NCBI RefSeq assembly: GCF_006345805.1
Contig: NC_043006.1
Coordinates: forward strand, 85,684,001 to 85,748,000
Length of the DNA: 64,000 bases
Direction: 5' to 3'
DNA from: Octopus sinensis
Lineage: Eukaryota
Made by a program: the position numbers and the translations under genes. The number at the start of each line of letters is the position of its first letter. Position 1 is the stretch's first letter. The notes beneath the pieces were generated by a model, which was given only the letters and a program-made list of their open reading frames with translations, ran no database searches and was not told where the DNA came from. Shown here in pieces: positions 14,116 to 26,354 of this stretch.

Positions 14116-16100
14116 GTCACCTTTAGCACACACCTTTAACTTTACACTTTCACCACCTTTTATCTTTCCTTCATCTCATGTTAGCTTTACACAGATTATA
14201 TTTTTATTTTACTTTATCCCATTCTATTTCGCTTTACCTTTATTCTTATTTTTATTTTCATTCCTTATTTTAATTCTTATAGTTCTTATAATTTTTATAT
14301 TTTATTTCTAACTTTTATATTGTATTTCTTATTTTATATTGTATTTCTTACTTTTATTTCTAATTTTTATTCTTACCCTCATTCTTACCCCTGACTTATC
14401 GCTTTATATCTCTATATATGTCTATTTTTTTTGCTTATCCCTTATTTACTTATCTATGGATCCGCTTTATGATTATACGTGCGTCCGTGTACGTATGTAT
14501 ACGTATACATATGTGTACATATGTACGAGTAAACATCTACGTCTGGATGTGCATACCCCGTTTCTCATCTCTAATAATTTTCTTTAATAATTTAAAAAAT
14601 TTCTTACGTGTTTCTTTACATTTTTTTACATGTTTTCGCAGATTTCTTATATGCATATGTTTACACATATTTGTATGCATCTTTTAATATCTTATAGCTA
14701 TACCTATACGCGCGTATGTCTCTGTGTGTGTATGTAAGTGTATATGCGCACGCACATATGGACACACAGCCGTGTGTGCGTGCACGTGTAGACGTGAGTG
14801 CGTGATTCTTTACATGCGTTCTTATATACATCCTTTAATATCTTATATCTAAACCTGGATGTGTGGGCATCTGTGTATGTGTATGTAAGGATGGACGTAT
14901 GTATGTATATATGGGGTGTGGTATATACGTATGTAGTATAGGTAACATGTGCATATATGTATGCATATGTGTATGTGTATATGTATATGTGTATGTGCGT
15001 GTGTGTGTGTATATGTATTTACATATATATATGTACACGTATAATGTCCGTGTATATATGCGCATATTCTGTTGTATGTATGTATGTATGCGCATGTGTG
15101 TGGGTGTATATGTGTTTATGTACATGTTTACACGTGAGTACGTACGTATGCTTATATGCTTGGAGCTGTGTATGCGCGCATATATGTGCGCGTGTATATG
15201 GGTGTATGTATCCATGCTGGTATGTATGTACAAGATGACCACTTAATTCAAGGAACTAGATTAACTGCTCAACAGCTCTGATTTACAATACACTAGGTCC
15301 CCAGACGCCCCCCTGTGATTTATGACACCCATAGCTTCTACAACTAAATTTTGTCATTTTCCTGACCACCATGTTTGGTCCATAACCTCTATACATCCCT
15401 TATCTTTATATTTTTTTACATTTTTATCATTTTTATTCCTATTTTTATCTTTTTACTTTTATTTCTATTTCTATTTTTACTTTATAACCTTATGCCTTTA
15501 TATTCATTTATATTTTTTTATATTCTTTATATCCCCTTTATATCTCCTTATATCTCTTTATATCTTTATACTCTACATTTTTATATTTTTCTATACTTAC
15601 ACTTTTTATATATTTTTTATCCTTCGTCCTGAATTCTCGCCCCTCCATCTTTACCCCTATTTACTCTTATTACCAGGTTCCTTCACGTCTATATATGTAT
15701 TTATTTATTAATTTATTTACATTACTTCAACATCAGGTGTCCCGGATGAACCAACTTCACGGCAGGAGGTGCAGATGAGGGCAGCTGCATCGAACTCTCT
15801 CATGCATCAGATGGCATTTGCTAAAAAGCATCCGTGAGGTAAAACCGTGTAGCAAACCAAATGGCGGTGTCCCAGCATGGCCACAGCTCATTAGCTGAAA
15901 CTGGAAAATCAAATCAAATCAAATCAAATCCAAATTTCCTCATTCTACATTGAGAGAAGAAAGAGATGGACGCTTCAATTCTATGCTGTTGCCGCATTAT
16001 GTCGTACGCGAATGAGAGGATTTGCATCCCCAACCAAGAATTTTTGATGTAACACATGTCCTTGTGGAAGCTGTTGTGCGCGGCTGAAGAAGGCCACAGA

Positions 16101-16200
16101 NNNNNNNNNNNNNNNNNNNNNNNNNNNNNNNNNNNNNNNNNNNNNNNNNNNNNNNNNNNNNNNNNNNNNNNNNNNNNNNNNNNNNNNNNNNNNNNNNNNN
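16101..16200. other. Assembly gap (100 N)
   Basis: Run of exactly 100 N, typical of a scaffolding join. Confidence 0.99.
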
Positions 16201-17570
16201 AGAAAGGAGGATTTAACGTTTCGAGCGGAGCTCTTCGTCAGAAACATAGGAAAAGGAAAGATCCAAGGAAGGGAAGACGGAGGAAAAAAATCGCCAACGA
16301 TACACACGCGGTCATCCGAGAGGATGAAATGCAGAGTCGACGTCGGAAGCATTTGAATTCAGAACATGAAGAACCGAAAGAAATACCGCTAAGCGTTTTG
16401 TCCAACGCGCTAACGATTCCGCCATGGAAAAATAATATGTTTCTGCCTTTCTTAACACAAACAGGCTTTCAGAGTATGCTCAAAGGTGCAGTTAAAGGAA
16501 GTCATGATATAGTGTCTGTCAGTCGGAACAGGACAATGGAAGTGTGTGCCTAGTTTTCGAAACTAACGTAAGGGAAGAAAATGGGCAGAGCTGGTTTGGC
16601 TGGGTTCCAAATACGTTGGAGGAAAAAACACAGGGATTAAGTCAGGTTTTCCCTAACTCTTTTGTTACTTTTGTTGTGTTGTAGGAAGAAGTAGAGAGTA
16701 GCGAAGTGACTGCAAATGAGATTTGGTTGGATAGGTCTTTATGCAAAAGTAAGTCTTGATGACTGTTGAAGACTACGGAGCCATATCGCATAAAGTCCAG
16801 CCGTTACACGTGTAGTAGTAAGAATTGTTTAAGGATTTCGTTCCTAAAAAGACAGAAAGCAGATGAGGAGAGATAGTAGTGAACAGCTGCAGAGCCTGTA
16901 GAGAGAAAAGGTTCTGAAAGCTTCCTGGTCATGGCTTCTTAAGTTGAGGACAAAGATACTGAGTCACCACCCAACCCACCCAACCCTTTACCCACTTCTA
17001 CCGATTCCTCGTCTTATAGAAAAGAAATGAAGAAAGTTGGGGAAATTGGAAACGAAAAAGTTGTTAAGAAAGAAAAAGAACAAACCAAATGGAAGGAATG
17101 TGGAACAAACAAATATCGGTTTACCCGTTTTCCAGAAGAAACCAAGATGAAGAAGCCCGCCTATTCTTTGGAAGCTATGAGGTTTGCAGCGGTGCCATCA
17201 CAAAATGAAGATTTCAGGGACTTCTTGAAATACCTGCAGGAGAAGAATGGGATTGCTGGTGCGTGAAGAGATGAAGGCAGAGTTTAAAATGCACACGAAG
17301 GACTGACTTCAGGTGAAAACCCTAACAAAAGTTTTCCATGAGCTATCAGGAATATGAAGGCCCCTTCCTGCCAAATTCCACAGCTGAACTGCTAACAATC
17401 ACATATGAGAAGCCACTTCACTTCGTGTACAAAGGATTTGTTCATAGTAATTGATGTAGGAAGCCCTGATGCGAGTCGGGGGGGCATCTCCAGTGTGGGG
17501 ATCTGTTTCATTATTTCTTTTCTTGTTTCTTGTTTAAATAACGTCTGCCTCAATTGCATCTTGTTTATAC
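16200..17570 (-). mobile_element. Heavily decayed Penelope-like element remnant, interrupted by a SINE fragment at ~16315-16420
   Basis: Minus-strand peptide FHCPVPTDRHYIMTSFNCT (~16470-16535) resembles the region just before the GIY-YIG motif of Penelope-like ORFs. A hammerhead motif lies downstream on the same strand. Confidence 0.45.
16211..16245 (-). ncRNA. Candidate minimal hammerhead motif with an extra A after A9
   Basis: Minus strand guuu CUGACGA A GAGC-ucc-GCUC GAA ACGU U aaau. Stem I is weak. Confidence 0.5.
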
Positions 17571-17574
17571 CTAT

Positions 17575-17735
17575 TTCTTTACTACCCACAAGGAGCTAAA
17601 CACAGAGGACAAACAAGGACAGACACGGATATATCGATTATATCGACCCCAGTGCGTAACTGGTACTTATTTAATCGCTCCCGAAAGGATGAAAGGCAAA
17701 GTCGACCTCGGCGGAATTTGAACTCAAAACGTAAC
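17575..17735 (-). mobile_element. tRNA-derived SINE, family A (Meta-domain-like core), partial
   Basis: Reverse complement of gagttcaaattccgccgaggtcgactttgcctttcatcctttcgggagcgattaaataagtaccag. Confidence 0.9.
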
Positions 17736-18459
17736 GGCTTGTTTATCTTGCCTGTTTCTATAACAAAGTGTTGTCATATTGTTCAATGGGTATTACTACT
17801 GGTTCAACTGCGTTTATGTATATATGAACCTTGCAAGGACTGTGCAATCAAAGATGACTTTTATTTTTTACTTGCAGGATCTCGAAGGGAGAGTGCTCAT
17901 CCTAGATTTGAAGACAACACTCTAATCGACCCCACCTCCATTGTGCTGGTTACTTAGTCTGCATATGAGGTCAGTACCTTCCTTTATTTTCAAAGTTTTG
18001 TAGTTGTGCAGCAAGTAGCATGTCTGTTTCTATTTTTTATTCCAAAGATTGTCAACCATTATTAGAAGTCATCCAAGACGAATCCTTCTCTGTCGAGTCT
18101 TGCAGGGATCACAGAGTGGGGTTTCTCACTACTTTTTTCAATAAACTTTTTAAAAAGTTATTTAAAAACCCGTCGAGTTGGCAGAATCGTTACACGCCAG
18201 ACAAAATGTCATTAAGTATTACGTTCTGAGTTCAACTTCCAGCTTTACCTTTCCTCCTTTCCTGATCGATAAAATAAATACCAGTTAAGCATTGGCGTTG
18301 ACATGATAGATTGACCCTTTCCCCCAAGTCTACGGGCGTTATGCCAAAATTGTATCCCTTTTTATCTCTCAGCGATTTAATGGTTACCTTCCTGTGGTAA
18401 TGTGCCATCGGGTTTAATTTTTTAGTTTCTCTTCACAATTAAAACAACATAGTTTAGCC

Positions 18460-19980
18460 CAAACTACATTCTAATATCCTTGTTGAATACTCTTACTTCT
18501 TAGATCAGAGAATTCGTGTTTTGTTGTTGTTGTCGTTGTTTCATTTTTTGCGTACACTTTGTGGTCATCCATATAAAGCAGCATTATTTTTGCCCTAGTT
18601 ATGGTAAACCTGTAGACAGGCCTGGATTTTCTCTGTATACTTGTCAGAGAGACTAACACAAGCACGAAAATCAGTGAAGAAAACAAGTCACCCAGAAAGA
18701 CTCTCTACGAATTTTCACATTTCCAAATGAGTCATTTCCTCATGTTAATCCTAATCCTTCTTTCGATGATCTCATTGGAGATTTTTGAGGTATTTTTCTT
18801 TTCTAAAAACAACACTATTATTCTTCTCATTGACCTTGATTGTTCTCAGACCCAAGAGTCAGCAGTGTGGAACGTTGTCGATAGATTACATGTATTCCAT
18901 CCAGCCAACAGCTAAATTCTTTTTACTTAATCGTACCCTTACTTGGTACCCTCCTATCAATATACAACCGATCGACAGTTCCCTTTGACTTTTTTCTGCT
19001 TCCCTTTTGCGCCCCTGCCAATAAATTCTCTTTCTCCAGAAAGTTATATATTTCATCTGCCACGGGGCCAGTTGATAATTTCCAGAAGAATAATAAGCTT
19101 GGATTATAATTGATTACTTCCTTTTTCTTTCCTTTGTCCTTCTGTCCCATCATTGTTGTTCCTCTTGTCATCCATGTTGTGAGCTTCATTTTCTCTGCAA
19201 TGAGTCATATATGGCTGTGTATACTTAGGAGATTTTCGAGCCATAATCCTTGAACACAATCTGATCCAGTAATTTCCTAAGCCATCTCTTTCACTTTATC
19301 TTCGTTACTATTTATATTCCCTTGAAGGCGGCGAGCTGGCAGAATCGTTAACAGGTCGGAAAAAATGCTAAGCGATATTTCGTCCGTTTTTACATTCTGA
19401 GTTTAAAATCCGCCGAGTTCGACTCTGCTTTTCAGCCTTTCGAGTTCGATAAAATAAGTACCAGTTACGTACTAGGGTCGATATAATCATCTTACCCTCC
19501 CCTTAGACTGATGGTTTGTGCCAAGATTCGAAACCAATATTTATATTCTCTTGTTTTGATCTTGTCACATTTCTCTTTTCAATTTCCATAACCAATCCTC
19601 TTCCTCTTTCATGCTGAACTCTTTCGCTCCAAATATATCTGACCAAAAATGCTTTGCTGTTTCGGCATCTCGAACACCATTCCTCTGAAGTTCCTTCTCA
19701 TCATTCTCCTGAGGTTCCTTCAGATGTTGATAAAATTTTCTTTCATGGTTTCTACAGAAACCATTCTGCTGGAATTGGTTTATTATTTGTTGGTATCTCA
19801 TTTTAAAATTCATTTTTCATTTTAAAATTCTTTTACCTGATATAGCCTCTTGTGTGGGGGATGGGAGTGGAGAGGGGTGTTATCACTTCTTTAACTTCTT
19901 GTAATCCTCCGTTTCGACTGCTTTTCTGTGTCTTCTCCGTCCTCATTTCAATGATTGCATTTATCCTTCCAAGTTATTTA
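18460..19980 (-). mobile_element. R4/Dong-clade non-LTR retrotransposon, RT-region fragment (decayed)
   Basis: Peptides RYQQIINQFQQN...KFYQHL...FWSDIF, NLLAGAQKGSRKKSKGTVDRLYID and MLLYMDDHKVYAKNE, broken by stops. A family A SINE is inserted at 19325-19535. Confidence 0.75.
19325..19535 (+). mobile_element. tRNA-derived SINE, family A
   Basis: aaggcggcgagctggcagaatcgtta head, B-box-like gagtttaaaatcc, conserved core. Confidence 0.9.
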
Positions 19981-19989
19981 CTGAACTGT

Positions 19990-20520
19990 CCATTAATAGT
20001 CTTATCATTGAGTGAGAGACCAATGCATTCCATCAAATTGACATTGGGGTTACATATACAAATCATGACTACCCGTCTGATAAGGGTACACCAGGCACAT
20101 GCATCACAACCATATGTGCACGACATGATGACCTTATATTAAGATAAACAGCACATGACCGTGAAAGTGGGGCCCCAGTTAGAATTTTCTTCAAGTCGAG
20201 TAGCTCATCCCGCTCAAAAGGTCCTTGAATAAGGGTCGTTTAAGTATGTTGATCAAAACACCCATGTTTCCAGAGGGATATTATTGAAACCCCAAAGAAT
20301 TCCTTTCAACACATGTCTATGATGCTCCTCCACTACTTCTGCTCGTGATCAGAGATGCACATATCGTCAGCCACTAAGAGACATGCTCAACTGGTTAAGG
20401 TCAAACAACTGACAAGCAAATCTGTGGTATTGAGCAGAATATTTGCTGTAGCCCATCTTTTATACCAAGACAAAACAATGTACATGATAACACTTCCAAT
20501 CAGTTACTGCATCAGGGCAT
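19990..20520 (-). mobile_element. Unclassified ~520-bp interspersed repeat (family D), copy 1
   Basis: Colinear with 21850-22385. No tRNA head or ORF recognised. Confidence 0.8.
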
Positions 20521-20591
20521 TTTTTTTTATCATCATCATCATCATCATCATCATTATTATTATTATTATTATTATTATTTTTATTTTCTAC

Positions 20592-20794
20592 TCTAGGTAC
20601 AAGACCCGAAATTTTGGGAGAGGGGCCAATCGATTAAATCGACCCAAGAACGCAATTGGTGCTTAATTTATTCAGCCCGAAAGGATGAAAAGCAAAATCG
20701 ACCTTGGCGGAATTTGAACTCAGAACGTAAAGACAGATGAAATATCGCAAAGCATTTCGCCCGACGTGCTAACGTTTCTGCCAGCTCGGCGCTT
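20592..20794 (-). mobile_element. tRNA-derived SINE, family A
   Basis: Full head and core on the minus strand. Confidence 0.9.
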
Positions 20795-20804
20795 TATTTA
20801 TACT

Positions 20805-21835
20805 TTATTGCCTTTGCACAGCTTCTAACGCTGGAGATGTACTACGGTGTCAGCTGTTCACTACCAGTGAACTAAGGTAACACCTCTTATTTTTCGAGCA
20901 CCTTCCGGAGTATTCGAACGGTTCCAAGCAGTTTCTGTTTTATGCAAGTGCTCCACCCTTATTGTAGCCCCTATTTGTTCCATGTACTTCTCGAGATTTT
21001 TGCTCCCTGTTCCCAGGGCTCCGACAATTATTGGTACTACTGTTACCTTTTACATCGACCACAACTGCTTAACTTCCCAAGCTATCCTGTCATATCTATC
21101 GACTTTTCTTTCTTCCTTATTGCATATCTTGTTTTCAGCTGGGCATGCTATATCTATGATCCAGCATAGTTTGCTTTCTTTCTCAATTACGACTATATCC
21201 GGCTTCCTATTTTCTATCTCATGGTCGCACTGAATCATATAATTCCACAGGATCTTTGCATTTATGTTTTCGACAATGACTTCAGGTTTTTATGGCCGTA
21301 CCAATCTTTTGCTCTGTCAAGTCCATACTTGTTTCAAAGTGTCCAATGAACAAGCCTTGCTATATTGTAGTAGCGTCTCTTATATTCCTTATGGGTTAGT
21401 GGCGTACATTGGCTGGTAATATGCCATACAGTTTCACCGTTTTGTCCACAGATTCTGCACTTATCACTTTCTGATTTGTTGTCTACTCTGTATTTCATGT
21501 AGTTTGTTCTTAGTGCTTGCTCTTGGGCAGCACAGATTAGAGCCTCCGCTTCCGATTTTAAATCACTTTTAGTCATCCACAGCCATCTTTTTTCTCTGTC
21601 TTATCTTCAATATCCCTATGAAATTGACCATGCATTCTTTTCTTTACCCACCTAATTTCAGTTTCATCCGTTTTCAATTTCTTTTACAGTGCTTTATCTT
21701 TGCAATCTTCCATCCTACACAAGCCTCACCTTCTTAATTCTAATAATAGCGATTCTGTGGCATTGTTTACATACAATGCTATGTTGTTTTCTTCTGCTCT
21801 AATGCTGTGTTCGTATCCAATAAGTACCCTTCCCA
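20805..21835 (-). mobile_element. R4/Dong-clade non-LTR retrotransposon, 5'-truncated 3' end (CCHC knuckle and restriction-like endonuclease)
   Basis: LKSEAEALICAAQEQALRTNY, CRICGQNGETVWHITSQC, RKPDIVV...IIDIACP, KVDRYDRI, and terminal LLGTVRILRKVLE. Confidence 0.88.
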
Positions 21836-21849
21836 CTCTTTATTATTAT

Positions 21850-22385
21850 TGTTATTGAGTGAGAGAGCAGTGCATTCCATCAAAGTGACACTGGAGTAAA
21901 ATATACAAAACCCACTATACGCATCATGACTACCGTCTGATAAGGGTACACCAGGCACATGCATCACAACCATGTGTGCGCAACATAGTGATCTCATATG
22001 AAGACAAACAGCACATGACCTTGCAGGTGGGGCCCCAGTTAGAATTTTCTTTTGGTCCAGTAGCCCATCCCGCTCAAAAGGTCCCTGAATAAGGGTTGTT
22101 TTAAGGATGTTGAAAGAAACACCCATGTTTCCAAAGGTGAATTATCCAAACCTCTAAGAATTCCTTTCAACAGACGGCTATGATGCTCCCCCACTACTTC
22201 TGCTCATGATCAGAGATGCACATATCGTCAGCCACTAAGGGACATGCTCAACTGGTTAAGGTCAAACAACTGACAAGCAAATCTGTGGTATTGAGCAGAA
22301 TATTTATACCAAAACAAAACAATGTATATGATAACACTACCAATCAGTTAAGATCAGAAACCACAAGAGCCACTGCCTGGTACTG
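21850..22385 (-). mobile_element. Unclassified ~520-bp interspersed repeat (family D), copy 2, with (TAA)n tail
   Basis: Colinear with 19990-20520. On the minus strand it ends ctctctcactcaataacaataataataa. Confidence 0.8.
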
Positions 22386-22460
22386 CATTATTATTTTTAT
22401 TATATTATTATTATTATTATTATTATTATATTATTATTATATATTATTATTATTATATTA

Positions 22461-22517
<57 letters not shown>

Positions 22518-22521
22518 TTTA

Positions 22522-22569
<48 letters not shown>

Positions 22570-22606
22570 TTTATTATTATTATTTTTATTATTATTATTA
22601 TTATTA

Positions 22607-22642
<36 letters not shown>

Positions 22643-22643
22643 T

Positions 22644-22733
<90 letters not shown>

Positions 22734-22757
22734 TATTATTATATTATTATTATTATA

Positions 22758-22797
<40 letters not shown>

Positions 22798-22830
22798 TAT
22801 TATTATTATTATTATTATTTTTTATTATTA

Positions 22831-22873
<43 letters not shown>

Positions 22874-22934
22874 TTATATTATTATTATTATTATTTATTA
22901 TTTATTATTATATTATTATTTATTATTATTATTA

Positions 22935-22974
<40 letters not shown>

Positions 22975-23050
22975 TATTATTATTATATTATTTTATTATT
23001 ATTATCATTATTATTATTACTATCATCATCATCATCAGCAGCAGCAGCAG
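22386..23050. repeat. ~650-bp imperfect (ATT)n microsatellite ending in (ATC)/(AGC)
   Basis: Direct inspection. Confidence 0.97.
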
Positions 23051-23142
23051 CAGTTATAATATATATTCTAACTAAAACTATGTACGCTAAATAGGTCTCT
23101 ATTATTGATATCTCTTTGTTAGATACACCTGAGAGATTTTAA

Positions 23143-23532
23143 AGGAGTGGCTGTGTGGTAAGTAGCTTGCTTACCAACCACATGGTTCCGGGTTCAGTCC
23201 CACTGCGTGGCATCTTGGGCAAGTGTCTTCTACTATAGTCTCGGGCCGACCAAAGCCTTGTGAGTGGATTTGGGAGACGGAAACTGAAAGAAGCCCGTCG
23301 TATATATGTATATATATGTGTGCGTTTGTGTGTCTGTGTTTATCCCCCTAGCATTGTTTGACAACCGGTGCTGATGTGTTTACGTCCCCGTCACTTAGCG
23401 GTTCGGTAAAAGAGACCGATAGAATAAGTACTGGGCTTACAAAGAATAAGTCTTGGGGTCGATTTGCTCGACTAAAGGCGGTGCTCCAGCATGGCCGCAG
23501 TCAAATGACTGAAACAAGTAAAAGAGTAAAAG
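23143..23532 (+). mobile_element. tRNA-derived SINE, family B (full length)
   Basis: ggagtggctgtgtggtaagtagcttgc...ggttccgggttcagtccc head, internal (TA/TG) tract, aaacaagtaaaagag tail. Sister copies at 29945 and 39006. Confidence 0.92.
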
Positions 23533-23533
23533 A

Positions 23534-23583
<50 letters not shown>

Positions 23584-24440
23584 GGTACTATGTATATATG
23601 TATACACACACACACACACATATATATGTATGCATGTATGTAATGCAAAGGAATAGGAATTCTAAATCCAGACTCGCCCAACCACATCGAATGATAGGAA
23701 ACATTTAGAATCGTTTAGAATAAACAAGTTAACTGAACTTCCTCCAATTGGTCCATCCTGATTTCGCTTCAATGGAATTTCTTGTGTGTGTGCTTCGTAA
23801 TCATATTTAATAGAAATCAATTTTTTCTTCATTCAGGTGGGAACTCAAAGTGAAGTCAAACATGGAAGAACAAAGAACCAGAACGAACGTGGCTTGTTGA
23901 AAACTAAACAGACACCGCCATAAATACAATCTAACCAACCGAACGTTGTTATTGTTGCCATTGTCCTTATTCAGCACCTTATAATCCTTGATCGAGCAAA
24001 CTGTCTGTCATACGTACCCTACCCTTGATAGTCCTGTCTTTAATTATTCAGATGGTGTGTACTAATGGCTACGTTATTCGAATTGAGCTTTTCAAAAATA
24101 ATGTCGGATGTAATTTCATAGAGAAATTTTGACTGCTATTTCTGGCAGATCGAGTAACTGAGACCCACACATTGATTTCCTTTTTCTTTTCGTTTTTTTT
24201 TTGCCCAGACAAATAACGAAGAACACGATAGCAAAGAACAAATGTGATAACAAAGATACCATCTTAACTGATACCTATACCATAGGTTATCAACATACAT
24301 GCTCACATACATACATACATACATACATACATACATACATACATACACACATACATATATGCGCGCACTTATATCGAACAGTGAGTATGAGTGCTAAACA
24401 CCGTATTAGTGGATAAATGTTCTTCATTTGTGGGATAAGA

Positions 24441-24495
24441 AGGCTACCATTGGTTTCATGCTGAGAGAAATCTCTCTCAACAAATTATCAAACCT
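24441..24495 (-). ncRNA. Degenerate hammerhead-like motif with UUGAUAA core
   Basis: Minus strand aggu UUGAUAA uu UGUUGAGAGA-gauu-UCUCUCAGCA u GAA ACCA-a-UGGU A gccu. Extra bases at the stem II junctions. Confidence 0.4.
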
Positions 24496-24954
24496 GCCAC
24501 GGAGAACGTTGGTACTCGTCTTGATATTCTAGAAACTAAATTATTATTTCTGCGGTGAGATATTATTTGTTATTGTTCCCTGCAGGATCAGTCACCCCAT
24601 GAAATTGTAACCCAGATTATTTTAGATTCCGTGTCAAGAGCTCATGTTAATTTCTAGTTTTTTTTTTTTTTTTCATTTTTATTAGAATAACACCTGCCAT
24701 TTTTATGTTTTTTTGCAAAGAACATTTTTCTGTAATTTCCACCAAAAGAAATTATCAATTAATTAATATCATTCGATTTATTTTTCTCCTTTGATTGGTA
24801 CTTTTAGATTTTAAACGTACCCTCTTGAGTTTTTCTCAACTAATTGCATGGATAGTTAACCGAAGTTTTTCAACTCGTTACACAACACATCTGTTGCTCT
24901 ACCGTTACTTACATTTAAAGACACCCAGGTGTACGCACCCTTAACACACACACG

Positions 24955-24987
<33 letters not shown>

Positions 24988-25341
24988 GTGCATATATATA
25001 TAACCTAGTTGAGAACCCCTTTCAATGTCTTCTCCAAAGACAGTTACAATTGCAGTCCTATCTTATTTGTTGCTATAAAAAAAAACTTTATAGACTTCAA
25101 ATGAATCTGGATATAATTACCATCATTGTTATTGCGATTTAAATAATTGAGTCCGAAATAATAACATCAACAACAACAACAGCATTAATAATTGTTTCCA
25201 TTTGGGGCACAAAGCCAGATATTAAGAGGGGAGAGTAATACGGTTACATTGATCCCAGCGCCTGACTTGTAGTTTTCTTACCAACCCCGTAGTGATGAAA
25301 AACAAAGTTAACCACGGCATCAACTACTACTAATACAAATA

Positions 25342-25343
25342 CA

Positions 25344-25402
<59 letters not shown>

Positions 25403-25409
25403 CAATAAC

Positions 25410-25475
<66 letters not shown>

Positions 25476-25476
25476 T
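25342..25476. repeat. (AAT)n microsatellite abutting the kinase start
   Basis: Direct inspection. Confidence 0.97.
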
Positions 25477-25487
25477 TCTACAGTACA

Positions 25488-26354
25488 ATGGGTTCTAAAT
25501 TTTGGAAAACTGTTAAAAAGATCCAAATTGCCACTGGCGTTCATCCTTACAGAAATTTAGATTTGGAAAATATAACCTTACCGATCTTGGATATGGAGTT
25601 TCGTTACATATCACGAAACGACGGACAAAAAGAGTTGGTTGGCAAGGGTACATACGGCCGAGTCTACCTGGGTCGCTGCAAAGGGATGCCGAGCTTGGTA
25701 GTAGTGAAATGCTTCAAGAACAAAGACATGAAGGAAATTTGCGCCGAAGCTAAAATTATGAGCCATTTATCAGAAACAAGGGTGGTGCCGAAATGTTTCG
25801 GTTTGATCCAGGATGAAAATTCAGAAATACAACCGTGCTTAGTTCAAGAATATTTCGGACAAGGTGTTACCCTCTCAAAATTTCTCTGTGATTTGCGTAT
25901 TACGCTTAAGAGCAAAAATTGTATAGGTATCTGTTTACAACTTTCTCGTGGATTAAAGAAAATACACGCTCAAGGCATTTTATTAAATGATATTAAAACT
26001 GATAACATACTTATAGATCGATACACTATCGATTTACAAATTCGCTTTATAGATTTTGGGTGTGCTAGCACCCTGAAAGGAATATCGTTTGATATTTCGG
26101 AAAGTGAAAGCTGTTACCATGTTGCCCCCGAGGTCAAAGCAAAACAACCAACCAGTACTTCGTCTGATGTGTTCAGTCTGGGTCATGTCTTTGATGCAAT
26201 TCAGGACCTGATGCGGGTGGAATGTCTCGTTCCCCTCGTGAACAGCTGCACCATGGACAACCCTAAAAAGCGCATCAGACTTCAAGATCTCGTCGAGGAT
26301 CTCAAATCTCTTCACCACAAGATATTTTATAGAGAAATGAGAAACTGGGATTAA
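25488..26354 (+). CDS. Single-exon Ser/Thr-type protein kinase, non-RD (288 aa)
   Basis: Uninterrupted ORF with GKGTYG loop, VVVK lysine, alphaC Glu (AEAK), catalytic loop LLNDIKTDN, DFG, HVAPE, SDVFSLG and subdomain XI Arg (KKRI). Start context acaATGG is preceded by ttctacAG (25475-25483), a possible acceptor. Confidence 0.9.
   Translation: MGSKFWKTVKKIQIATGVHPYRNLDLENITLPILDMEFRYISRNDGQKELVGKGTYGRVYLGRCKGMPSLVVVKCFKNKDMKEICAEAKIMSHLSETRVVPKCFGLIQDENSEIQPCLVQEYFGQGVTLSKFLCDLRITLKSKNCIGICLQLSRGLKKIHAQGILLNDIKTDNILIDRYTIDLQIRFIDFGCASTLKGISFDISESESCYHVAPEVKAKQPTSTSSDVFSLGHVFDAIQDLMRVECLVPLVNSCTMDNPKKRIRLQDLVEDLKSLHHKIFYREMRNWD

Noticed and set aside
13494-15246. Many YI/IY/CV/HT-repeat ORFs (also 35090-37477 and 39359-40259)
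   Set aside because: Dinucleotide microsatellite translations.
22216-23094. 292-aa L/I/Y-rich ORF
   Set aside because: Read-through of the (ATT)n microsatellite.
23143-23220. tRNA genes at SINE heads (also 35358, 41793-42086, 58627-58936)
   Set aside because: A and B boxes are present but there is no acceptor stem or cloverleaf, and they continue into SINE bodies.
23838-24650. Possible small exons after ttcattcag (23838) and ccctgcag (~24586)
   Set aside because: Only short peptides with no recognisable domain; acceptor-like motifs are common by chance. They could be UTR exons of the kinase but this is unsupported.
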